Positions 1 through 9,626 of a stretch of DNA of 23,329 nt are shown one piece after another. Every line of letters begins with the position of its first letter. Position 1 is the stretch's first letter. The notes beneath the pieces are model-generated. The model did no database searches, had not been told where the DNA came from, and saw only the letters and a list, made by a program, of their open reading frames with translations. The DNA lies in the NCBI GenBank assembly GCA_012862495.1, contig BLSG01000402.1:112146-135474 (forward strand), in the 5' to 3' direction. A program made the position numbers and the translations under genes. Source of the stretch: Thraustochytrium aureum. Its lineage: Eukaryota.

Positions 1-440
1 CCTCATGTGACGAGGGGGACGTCGGTGAAACTTCCGTCCTTGACCTCCTGATGTGTCTTGTTGCCGTTTGCAAGGCGCAGCGATACGAAAGCGCAGCGCT
101 ACGACGGCGCAGCGCTACGAAAGCGCAGCGCTGCGAAGGCGCAGCGCTGCGATCGCCTCGTCCGCGCGCACTCTTGCTGTGTCGTTTTCTTTCTGCCCGG
201 AATTGCTCGAGCAGAAACCACAACATGCTCGAGCTCCTCGATGTCCTGCGAGCGGAAGGCAACTTGCCCGACCCACGCTCCTCGAGTAGGACGCGCCACT
301 GGCTGGTTCGCTCGCGAGGAACAGACCAGCACAACGTCGATCGCAGCGTCATGGCGATTGGCTCGCGCAGTGCTCGCGCTCGCGCAGTGCTCCGTGTCTG
401 CCTCGTCGGCCAAGGGCTTCCGTAAAGCTCCGTCTTCCAT
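1..440 (-). CDS. Possible 5' portion of a hypothetical gene running off the left edge
   Basis: ATG at 440 (MEDGALRKPLADEADTEH...). A candidate donor GTGCGC at 171 and acceptor CATCAG ending at 48 would remove the 16-bp minisatellite as an intron and leave an open frame to the window edge. No recognisable homology. Confidence 0.2.
72..151. repeat. Minisatellite, 5 x 16 bp (consensus AAAGCGCAGCGCTACG / AAGGCGCAGCGCTGCG)
   Basis: Units at 72-87, 88-103, 104-119, 120-135 and 136-151. The last two contain the perfect 12-bp palindrome CGCAGCGCTGCG. Confidence 0.95.
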
Positions 441-672
441 CGCTCGCGCAGCGGCAGGCCGGCGCGCTTCTCCGGCTGTCGCGCTCGCCGCCTGACGGAG
501 TGCCCGGATTTTCAGTCAAGGTTTGGGGCAAGGGTGCGGAATGCGCTTTACTCACTTTGCGCTGGGACGCAGCAATGCAGCATCGCATGCGACACCTCCC
601 CCCCCCAGGAGCGCACCACGAGCTGCGACAGCAGCGCCAGGTTTGAGGCGAGAGCGAGAGCGGGCGCGCACA

Positions 673-690
673 GAGCAGCAAGAGCAGCAG

Positions 691-723
<33 letters not shown>
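673..723 (+). repeat. CAG microsatellite, pure (CAG)9 at 697-723 preceded by CAG/CAA/GAG variants
   Basis: Read directly; ends 167 nt upstream of the ATG at 891. Confidence 0.95.
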
Positions 724-725
<2 letters not shown>

Positions 726-890
726 GGCGCGGCCTGGTCTGCCTCCCAAGTGCGATCCCGCACGAAAGGCGAACAAACGCGCCGAGTCCGGCCTCCAGAG
801 CGCACTCCAAGTGACGCCGGCCAGCTGCGGCTCTGCGGTTGTGCGAGGGAAAGCGCCGGAGCGGGCTTGCCTCGGAGCCCGCCAGGCGAA

Positions 891-1986
891 ATGAGCAGCA
901 CGGAGGCCCAGAGCGATGAATACAAGCAGCAGTTGCTGTTTACAGGCGGACTTGGGTTCAAGTGCGCCCAAGAGCAAGTCCTCGGCCCTGGCGAGAGCTT
1001 CTCGGCGCTCTCCCTGGCCTCGCTGGAGCCGGAGAGCGACGCCAAGGCCAGGTCGCCGCCGCGTCACAAGAACAAACACAAGCACAAGGCGCACGGCGCC
1101 AAGCGCACGCGCACACCGGTCCTGGTCGAGTCGAAGGAACCCGAGGAGCCCATCGTGGGCGACCAGAGCCCCCGCTCTCGCAAGAGCCCCCGCGCAGCTC
1201 GAACAGCGTCGCCCGGCTCCGGGTGCTTTTCGTTCTGCGAGCCTATCGTGGCAGACAGCTCCACTGCCATGCCGCTCACTTTGACGCGGTCCACCGTGGC
1301 ACTGCTGTCCGCTATTGCCGAGAACGAGGCGACGACGCAGGACGGCATCAACAGTTCCGCGGAGTGTCGGTGTGCGCTCGGCATGCGGGAGGTTGGCAAG
1401 CAGGCGCTTCGCCACGCCTTGCTCCGGGGCTCTGGCGTCAGCGCCGCGCGGGCGCGGGCCGTCGCTGCGCATCTCGAGGGCCAGGTGTGGCAGCTCGTAA
1501 ACGATGGCGAGGTTGCGGTGGACGACCATTATGCGACCGCGTTGGCCAGCTGCGTCGAGCTTCTGCAGGGCGAGTCGCTGGTGGCCCAGGTCTTGGAAGG
1601 CGACCTCGACAGCTTGCGTCTTGTGCTTGAGCTGCATCACGAGCCCGCCGATGTGGAGGCTCGCCAAGCGCGGGACTGGGAGCGTGTCGTCTCGTCCTGC
1701 GTTGCTGACCTCGGCCAAGTGAGTTTTTGATTTATGATATCTTTTATATCATTTTTTCCCGCATGCATTTTTTCTTTTCGGCGGCTGGCGCGCTTCATGT
1801 GCGGGCCCTCGAGATCAGGTTCATTAGTCGCCTGGACCCCTGTCTGCTGCTGTTGTTCCCATCCCGACGCAGGCAACGCGACTGCGTTGCCAATCTACCA
1901 TCATCACTATTGTCAGCTCTGTTCCCATGCTCAAGCTCCTGAAGAGAGAGCTGACTCGGGCTAGTGCTACGCCGGCACGCCGTTGA
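891..1986 (+). CDS. Protein with a degenerate TFIIS central (domain II / TFIIS_M-like) helical domain; 3' exon structure uncertain
   Basis: ATG 891 in GAAATG context. A basic low-complexity N-terminus (RHKNKHKHK, KRTR; NLS-like) is followed by MREVGKQALRHALL...ARAVAAHLEGQVW...HYATALASCVELL...LVAQVLEGDLDSLRLV, which follows the TFIIS_M pattern. Strong donor CAA|GTGAGT at 1719, then an AT-rich tract. Candidate acceptor GACGCAG ending at 1872 gives a phase-0 last exon 1873-1986; the unspliced frame stops at 1730. Confidence 0.5.
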
Positions 1987-2600
1987 ACTCCAACAAGGCA
2001 ACATGAACAGAACGAAAACTAATTCTTGCATCAACGCACCCAAAGGACACGACACAGTGCCCCCTTCGTGACGAGACTGCGGCAGATTGAGCCGTCACGT
2101 GCCAATGCGTCGGAGCAGCACTTGGCGAATCTTGCCCGCCCTGGCGCACTCCCGGGCCTAGCCCGAATCCGCGCTTCGAGGGCACGCCTCTGCTCGCCCA
2201 GCCGCTCATCGATGTCACATCCTCTCCGGTGAGAGCGCGGCGCAGATTTCCGCGTGACGCCCAGCACGCGGCTCGTTGAGAACAGTTTCGGCCGCGAGTT
2301 GCACACCACAGTGCGGAACGCTTGTACCTGTACAACGGCACTCCCGGGCGAAGTTCGGCACAACTGACAAGGACAACGCCGGCGGGTTTGACCCGACGAC
2401 ACGCAGGCTGGCTGCGCTCGTGGACCCCAGTGACGTGCGGCGACGAGGAGGATGGCACGGTTCAGAGACTGCTGCCGCCCTCTCAATCAAGATGCAGCCG
2501 CCGTTCGCCTTCCCACCTCGCCGCGCGACAGTCGCGCACGCAGCCGCAACACCCGCCGTCGCTCGAAGACGGCCACCAGGGCACCGAGTCCGCAACCCGT

Positions 2601-2639
<39 letters not shown>
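2601..2639 (+). repeat. (CAG)13 microsatellite
   Basis: Read directly; upstream of the aldehyde dehydrogenase gene. Confidence 0.97.
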
Positions 2640-2642
<3 letters not shown>

Positions 2643-2751
2643 CGTCGCGTTGCCCGACGGGCGTTGACGGAAAGGCGCGAGCCGTCGGAGCGAAAAGGAG
2701 GGAGGGAGGCACAATACCGCTTGGCTCTTGTGAGGGCTCCCGGCCTACCTC

Positions 2752-2776
2752 CTTGCCTGCCTGCCTGCCTGCCTGC
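2752..2776. repeat. (GCCT)n tetranucleotide microsatellite
   Basis: CTTGCCTGCCTGCCTGCCTGCCTGC just before the gap. Confidence 0.9.
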
Positions 2777-2797
2777 TTTTTCGCTCGAGAGGTGGCC

Positions 2798-3535
2798 NNN
2801 NNNNNNNNNNNNNNNNNNNNNNNNNNNNNNNNNNNNNNNNNNNNNNNNNNNNNNNNNNNNNNNNNNNNNNNNNNNNNNNNNNNNNNNNNNNNNNNNNNNN
2901 NNNNNNNNNNNNNNNNNNNNNNNNNNNNNNNNNNNNNNNNNNNNNNNNNNNNNNNNNNNNNNNNNNNNNNNNNNNNNNNNNNNNNNNNNNNNNNNNNNNN
3001 NNNNNNNNNNNNNNNNNNNNNNNNNNNNNNNNNNNNNNNNNNNNNNNNNNNNNNNNNNNNNNNNNNNNNNNNNNNNNNNNNNNNNNNNNNNNNNNNNNNN
3101 NNNNNNNNNNNNNNNNNNNNNNNNNNNNNNNNNNNNNNNNNNNNNNNNNNNNNNNNNNNNNNNNNNNNNNNNNNNNNNNNNNNNNNNNNNNNNNNNNNNN
3201 NNNNNNNNNNNNNNNNNNNNNNNNNNNNNNNNNNNNNNNNNNNNNNNNNNNNNNNNNNNNNNNNNNNNNNNNNNNNNNNNNNNNNNNNNNNNNNNNNNNN
3301 NNNNNNNNNNNNNNNNNNNNNNNNNNNNNNNNNNNNNNNNNNNNNNNNNNNNNNNNNNNNNNNNNNNNNNNNNNNNNNNNNNNNNNNNNNNNNNNNNNNN
3401 NNNNNNNNNNNNNNNNNNNNNNNNNNNNNNNNNNNNNNNNNNNNNNNNNNNNNNNNNNNNNNNNNNNNNNNNNNNNNNNNNNNNNNNNNNNNNNNNNNNN
3501 NNNNNNNNNNNNNNNNNNNNNNNNNNNNNNNNNNN
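2798..3535. other. Assembly gap (738 N)
   Basis: N run. Its length (~246 codons) roughly matches the missing N-terminal half of the aldehyde dehydrogenase. Confidence 1.
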
Positions 3536-3536
3536 G

Positions 3537-4226
3537 TTTGACCTGGCGTCCAGCTGCTCTGCGGACAACTCGATACTCGCGCACAACCAGGTCTACGACC
3601 GGCTGCTGGCCTTGCTGCGCGCGCAGGGCGGCCAGCTCATCGCGGAGCCTGCGCAACGCCGGGCCCTGGCTTCCGCACTGTGGCGCCCGTCTGGCGCACT
3701 GAATCCGGGCGCGGTTGTGCGCTCTGCGCACGAGATCGGCCGGCTCGCTGGCATCCCTGTCGACCCCGGGACACTGTTTTTCATCGTTCTCGAGGACGGT
3801 GTCGGCCCGTCGCACCCGTTTTCGGGTGAGAAGCTCTCGGTTGTTTTGAGTGTTTTCCGTGTTGGCGGCGTCGAGGAGGCGATTCGTTTGACGAACGCGA
3901 TTCACGAGTTCCAGGGCCAGGGCCATTCGGCCGGGATTTACACCGCGTGCGAGGAGCAGGCGGAGCGGTTCGGCCTCGAGACGAACACGAGCAGGATTAT
4001 GGTCAACCAGCCGCAGAGCCTTTCTAACAGCGGATCGCTGGAGAACGGGATGCGGCAGACGCTCTCTCTGGGGTGCGGGTCGTGGGGCGGCAGCGCCACC
4101 TCGGAGAACATCTATTGGCGGCACTTTGTCAACATCACGTACGTGTCGATGCCGCTTGCCGAGCCCAAGCGCCTCCCGCCCGACCAAGACCTGTTCGCTG
4201 GGGTGGGCCACCTTTTCCCGAAGTAG
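3537..4226 (+). CDS. CoA-acylating aldehyde dehydrogenase (ALDH family 20 / AdhE-N-like), SauS (sulfoacetaldehyde dehydrogenase, acylating)-type; 5' end in gap
   Basis: 229 visible codons containing the catalytic Cys loop FDLASSCSADNS, HPFSGEKLSVVL, GQGHSAGI, SRIMVNQPQ and NGMRQTLSLGCGSWGGSATSENIYWRHFVN. Stop TAG at 4224-4226, so no fused Fe-ADH domain. The family is secure; the substrate is inferred. Confidence 0.9.
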   Translation, partial: FDLASSCSADNSILAHNQVYDRLLALLRAQGGQLIAEPAQRRALASALWRPSGALNPGAVVRSAHEIGRLAGIPVDPGTLFFIVLEDGVGPSHPFSGEKLSVVLSVFRVGGVEEAIRLTNAIHEFQGQGHSAGIYTACEEQAERFGLETNTSRIMVNQPQSLSNSGSLENGMRQTLSLGCGSWGGSATSENIYWRHFVNITYVSMPLAEPKRLPPDQDLFAGVGHLFPK

Positions 4227-5002
4227 CTCTGTGTCGATATGCAATTCACTCCCTCGTTCAACCCCGCTTCCCTCCTTGCGAGCGAGCCTTTGCTTTGACC
4301 CGCGCGCGCGTCAGGCCGCCGTCCGCGGCTGCCTGGCCTGCCTGACCTGCTTGCCCGGCAGAGCGGGACAACCCTGACTGCTTGTCCAGGACAGCGGGAC
4401 ACTGCCCGTCCCGCGACAGCTGCAGCTGGTGCGCCGTCGCGAGCCGCCGATCCACCATGCACCGCGCATCCTGCACCACGGCACGCAGCTCGCAGCTGGC
4501 GACAACCTGCTCGCTGCTGGTTGGCGGCTTGCGGCTCAGCTGCGGTCTCGACAACTCCACTCCGAACAAGACAGGACATAGAGTACTTCGCATCCTGCGA
4601 GCAAGTGGGGCCTCCCTCAAATCGAGATGACCATAAACTCTACCTACTGTGCTCTCCAGGCGCCTGACCAGTTGAGTGCCCAGGTACTCAACCGCACTTG
4701 CTCCACGGATGAGCGCGGCAGCGCAAGGAGAGCGGCTTCGCGAGCCCAAGCGCCCTGCTCGCCCACGCCCATGCACGTCGGCTGGCCAGCTGCAGTTTCA
4801 AGCGAGGCGAGCCCGGCGAGCCAAAAGAGGTCCCGAAACGCCAACGGCTCTCGATGTCGGGAGATTAATGCGGTCACGGAACTGCTTTGCCAGCTCGCGG
4901 CGCCGACGCCCTGCTCGCGCGAGAGCGCTTCAAGGCCGCCAACGCAGCGGGAGCGCCGCAATGAGCCGGCAAACCCGAAATCCGCCTTGGAGATTCGACA
5001 GA

Positions 5003-7328
5003 ATGGGGGCCACCTTGGTCGTGCTCTTCACGCTCCTGGCCGCCTCGGCCGGCGCGGCACAAGGGACGCAAGCAGTGTGGGACGGTCTATGGAAGCCGGA
5101 TCGCGCTCAAGGACATGGGGAGAGGCTGCGCACAGCGGCGCAGCGCAGCCTTCGTCGTCTAGACCAAGTGACCGGCGGCCTCCAGCTTCGCCTCGATTCG
5201 GCGCGGCTTGCGCAGGCTTTCGAGGGCGACGAGAGCGGGACGGCAACAGCTGTGATGGTGGAGCTCGTGTTTGCCTCGAACGAGTCCGCCGTGTTCGCCC
5301 TGAGAAGGACGGAGGTGATGCATCCAGATCTACAAAGGCAGTTCCCGCAGATCAAGACGTTCTCGGGCCCAGCAGTGGGCTTTGTTCGGCCAGTCCACGC
5401 CAGCGTCGACTACAGCGCCGAGGCCGGGCTGCGAGCGACCGTGCAAGACGGCGGCACGCTCTGGTACGTCGACCGCGTCGATGCGGCCGCGCAGCGCTAC
5501 AAAGTGTACAGTGGGGCCGACATGCCTCGAGTTCCGCGCCCGCTCGTTGCTCGAACGGCCTCCCAGAATCGGACGCATCACGATGATCAGACCTTGCCGA
5601 GCTCAGTCCCCATCGGGCGGTGGGACCCGGAGGCCGACCCCGGGCCGAGCGCGCAGACAGCAAAGGAGTACACCTTGACCTTGTTGCTCTCAACCAGCCC
5701 CGAGTATTCCGCTTTCCACGGCAACACGAAGGAGACTGTTCTCGCTGAGATGGTCACGCTTGTCAACCGAGTCAACAGCATTCTGATGAACGACGTTGGG
5801 GCAAGGTTTGTGCTCCACCCAAGCACCGCAGACGTGATATGCATCGATTGCTCCAGCTTGGGCAACTCGGAACAAGTCCTGGACGAGGTTGAGGCCTTCG
5901 TGGCCAGCGCTGGTATAGACCCGGAAACGATTTCTGTTGGGCACACTCTGACCACAGCGGTAAGTTTCGGCGGTGCGGCCGCCGTGCGGGGGCGCGCTAT
6001 GGCCTGCTTGACCTCTGACTGACTTGGGCTCTGTGCGCGGCACCCCACAGGGCGGCGGCAAAGCTTGCCTCGACGCTCTGTGCAACTCGGACGTGAAGCG
6101 GAAGCTTTGCGGCTTTACCGGGCTACAAGAGCCCACTTCGGATGCATTCTACGTGGACTACGTGTTGCATGAGCTAGGCCACCAGCTCGGCGCGGCGCAC
6201 ACGTTTCAGGACTGCAATGGCAAACCCAAGGGCACGAACGTTGCTGTCGAGCCGGGTTCGGGCAGCACAGTCATGTCCTACGCCGGCGTGTGCGGAAGCG
6301 ACAACTTGCAGAGCCGCTCGGACCCGTACTTTCATGCCGTGTCGCAGGCGCAGATGCTGGCCCGGCTGAGAAGTGCAGCTGACGCGAGCGCAGCTTGCAT
6401 CTTGGCGCATGACACCGATATTACACCACCGCAGGTCAGAGTGGCGCAGGCGTGCACTGTGCCGGCTGGAAACGCGTTCCAGCTCTCGATTGCTGCGGAC
6501 AACGGGCCCAGCTGGAGCACCGGCGAGGTGCTGTACTCCATTGAAGCTGTGACGGAGTCGCCCGAGACTGACCTGGACGACAAATCGGCTTGGCGATTTC
6601 GCTCTTGGCCGCCCTCGCGGAGGGCGTACCGCACGGTGCCCAGTTTCCACTACCTCACGAGCGGCCTGGCAGAAGCGGCGCTAGACGAGCGGGTCCCAGA
6701 GAGCGCCGCCCAGGTCGTGTTCCGAGCGACTGCCAGGTATGGCCGGCGCCCCCGTGATACATCGCCCAGCGCTTTCGGCGTTTACGGCTACAGCGACCTC
6801 GCCGTTACCTTCCGCGCGGGCCTCGGTCCTCTGCGCTTTACTGAAGCTACGAAGCGGCTCACGCGTCTGGCCGAAGGCGATAGCGTTCTGATCACTTGGG
6901 AGGTGGGCGACTCGCTTGGCTTGTCCCCCGCCGTGCAGATTCTCGTGGCGCGGGGCCGCTCTGCAGTGCCTGGGCGAGGCAGTGGCGGCTTGGCTTCTGT
7001 GGGAATGGAGGACCTTGACTGGCACCTGCTGGTGGAGACTCCCAATGATGGCAACGAAGTGGTCACCATCCCGTCTTATCTCGCCAGGGAGCAGGATTCT
7101 CCCGACGGGGGCTTGGATGGCGAGACAGCGTACCTCATGCTTCGATCGACTGGCACTGAGGGCTGCTTTTTCTTTGACCTTTCGCCGGGCCTCTGGCTCC
7201 AGCAAGCGCGGCCAAGCATCAATGGCATTGACGGCCCAGAGGTAATTTTATCAGGCGCCACGCGCTCGCCGATCACCAGTGCTCTGTCCCTGAGCCTGGC
7301 GATGTCGACTCTGCTGTGGGCGGCGTGA
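5003..7328 (+). CDS. Secreted reprolysin-like (peptidase M12B, bacterial type) zinc metallopeptidase, 2 exons, ~744 aa, probable C-terminal GPI signal
   Basis: Exons 5003-5959 and 6051-7328. Signal peptide MGATLVVLFTLLAASAGA; splicing restores GHTLTTA-GGGKACLDALC. Zinc motif HELGHQLGAAH; Met-turn EPGSGSTVMSYAGVC; SDPYFH. Ends SGATRSPITSALSLSLAMSTLLWAA-stop. Confidence 0.92.
5960..6050 (+). other. Spliceosomal intron (91 nt, phase 0) in the metallopeptidase gene
   Basis: GTAAGT donor, CTGAC branch motifs at ~6015-6023 and CCCCACAG acceptor; joins two ORFs in frame. Confidence 0.93.
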
Positions 7329-7648
7329 ATCTCCTGCGGCGTTCCTTCCTTGTTGGCGATCTCCGCGGCGCGAATTCCCCATGCTCGACCGCGTCCTTTG
7401 CCCACCGCATCGCCACGGCGCCACGGCGTGCGTCCGTGGGCGGGTTTGATGCCGTCACCAGGGCGTCACGCGCGTCGCGAGACCGCGTCGGAGGGGAGGC
7501 AATTCCAGACCCAGCAAACAAAGGCCGAGCACTCTGAGAGTTGCATAGGTCCGTCTCGGCGCCGAGCCGGGCATCATCCGCGCGCAGGCCTCAGAGTAGA
7601 GTACTCCAAGTACATACATGCTCAGCACGCCGCGCAGCGTCCGGAGGG

Positions 7649-7908
7649 NNNNNNNNNNNNNNNNNNNNNNNNNNNNNNNNNNNNNNNNNNNNNNNNNNNN
7701 NNNNNNNNNNNNNNNNNNNNNNNNNNNNNNNNNNNNNNNNNNNNNNNNNNNNNNNNNNNNNNNNNNNNNNNNNNNNNNNNNNNNNNNNNNNNNNNNNNNN
7801 NNNNNNNNNNNNNNNNNNNNNNNNNNNNNNNNNNNNNNNNNNNNNNNNNNNNNNNNNNNNNNNNNNNNNNNNNNNNNNNNNNNNNNNNNNNNNNNNNNNN
7901 NNNNNNNN
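7649..7908. other. Assembly gap (260 N)
   Basis: N run; both flanks share CAGCACGCC / CCGCGCAGC / GGAGGG words. Confidence 1.
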
Positions 7909-8066
7909 CCGCGCAGCACGCCGGCGGAGGGAAGACAGTCCAACGCGGCGGGTCACGTCCATCCATACCTCTCGATGTACACCAGTCCACAAATTGATTT
8001 CAATTGACCAAGATAGACATGAACGAACGACGGACTCTGCAGACCCGAAACGACGCAGGCGACCAA

Positions 8067-8072
<6 letters not shown>

Positions 8073-8102
<30 letters not shown>
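8073..8102 (+). repeat. (CAG)10 microsatellite in the thiolase 5' leader region
   Basis: Read directly; ends 52 nt before ATG 8155 and is preceded by CAAGAG like the 697-723 tract. Confidence 0.97.
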
Positions 8103-8103
<1 letters not shown>

Positions 8104-8154
8104 TCGTGCTCAGTGTCCGGGCGTTCAGCTGGAGGCCCCAGGCAACGCGAGAAG

Positions 8155-9435
8155 ATGGTCGGGCTCAGCAGCAGACCGGTGATTGTGGCCGCCTGCCGAA
8201 CGGCGATCGGCAGCTTTGGCGGAGGTAGGTTGAGGCGGGCTAGCGAGGTGGCCGCGGACGCGGAGATGCGAGCGTAGTACTGACGGGCCCGGGCTTGCTT
8301 CGAATGCGGCGCAGCGCTCGCCAAGATGTCCGCGCCCGCGCTCGGGGCTGTGGCGATCGAGGGCGTGCTGAAGCGCGCTGGCGTCAAGCCGGACATGGTC
8401 GACGAAGTCATCTTTGGCCACGTGCTGCAAGCAGGTGTCGGGCAAAACTCGGCCAGGCAGGCGGCGCTCATGGCCGGGCTCGGCGACGAGACGCCGTGTA
8501 TGGCGATCAACAAGGTGTGCGGAAGCGGCCTCAAGGCCGTCCACCTGGCTGTGCAGGCCATCGAGTGTGGCGACGCCAGCATGATCGTCGCTGGTGGCCA
8601 TGAAAACATGAGCCAAAGCCCGCACCTGCTGCCCAACTCGCGTGACGGCCAGCGAATGGGCGACTGGAAGCTCGTCGATTCTATGATCAAGGACGGGCTC
8701 TGGTGCGCGATGAATGACATCCACATGGGCATCACGGCAGAGAACATCGCCGAAAAGTATGGCCTGACTCGCGAAGAGCAGGACGAGTTTTCGGCGCGCT
8801 CGCAGCAGCGCGCCGAAGCAGCTATGCAGACAGGCCTGTTCGCCGAGGAGATCGTGCCCGTGTCGATTCCGCAGCGCCGTGGCGACCCGATCGTCTTTGA
8901 CAAGGACGAGTTTCCCAAGGCCGGCGTGACGGCCGCGAAACTTGCCAAGCTGCGCCCTGCGTTCAAAAAGGACGGCACGGTGACTGCGGGGAACGCCTCG
9001 GGCATTAACGACGGCGCTGCTGCCGTGCTGGTCACCTCGGCCGCTGTTGCGGAGAAGGCCGGTCTGCCCATTCTGGCGTACATCAAGTCTTACGCGAGCG
9101 CCGGCGTGGACCCCAAGCTAATGGGCATGGGGCCCGTCCCTGCGACGCAGCTTGCGCTGCAAAAGGCCGGGTGGGTCGTGGATGATGTGGACCTCTTTGA
9201 GGCCAACGAGGCCTTTGCGGCGCAGAGCCTGGCCGTGTGCCGCGAGCTGGGCATCTCTCCGGACAAGGCCAACGTGCGCGGCGGAGCTATCTCGCTCGGG
9301 CACCCTATTGGCGCCAGCGGTACGCGGTGCCTGGTCACGCTGTTGCACACCATGAAACAGACGGGCAAGAAGAAGGGCGTCGTTACCCTGTGCATTGGCG
9401 GCGGCCAGGGCGTCGCGATGTGCGTCGAGATCTAA
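8155..9435 (+). CDS. ACAT2: Acetyl-CoA C-acetyltransferase (biosynthetic thiolase II; cytosolic ACAT2 / bacterial PhaA-AtoB type), 2 exons, ~396 aa
   Basis: Exons 8155-8224 and 8315-9435. Spliced N-terminus [34 protein letters not shown]. Catalytic motifs [19 protein letters not shown] and CIGGGQG. No obvious targeting presequence or PTS1. Confidence 0.95.
8225..8314 (+). other. Spliceosomal intron (90 nt, phase 1) in the thiolase gene
   Basis: GTAGGT donor, TACTGAC branch at 8278-8284 and GCGCAG acceptor; restores the conserved thiolase N-terminus. Confidence 0.93.
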
Positions 9436-9626
9436 CAACTCTGGCCAGAGGTCTCTTGATCAATTGAAATCTCCTTTCTCTTTCTGATGGCGCCCCACGC
9501 CGCGCTGGGCTCGAGCGCGGAACGGAACAACAACGGCGAGACCGTGACGGTTTCGCTTTTTCTCCTTGGCTTTGCGTGCAGCTGGGCTTGCAGCACCTCG
9601 TCGTACGCGCTCTTGTGGGCAAATAG

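Noticed and set aside
72..151. Mini-CRISPR because of palindromic repeats
   Set aside because: The period is 16 bp with only 4-nt linkers, so there are no spacers.
523..894. PolyQ/polyA/polyL ORFs over CAG tracts (also 2276-2714 and 8004-8228)
   Set aside because: They are by-products of microsatellites in GC-rich DNA; all frames are open, none shows homology, and real starts lie downstream.
2276..4244. ORF-track proteins spanning N gaps (also around 7649-7908, 11870-12078 and 13625-13986)
   Set aside because: Frames across estimated gaps are meaningless; only the post-gap ALDH and MFS portions are supported.
4394..4414. GCGGGAC/GTCCCGC hairpin as an intrinsic terminator after ALDH
   Set aside because: A 7-bp GC stem is expected by chance here, there is no U-tract, and the locus is eukaryotic.
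3536..7648. Bacterial contaminant contig
   Set aside because: The same ungapped segment holds a canonical GT-AG intron with branch point, a eukaryote-style GPI-like tail and long non-operonic spacing.
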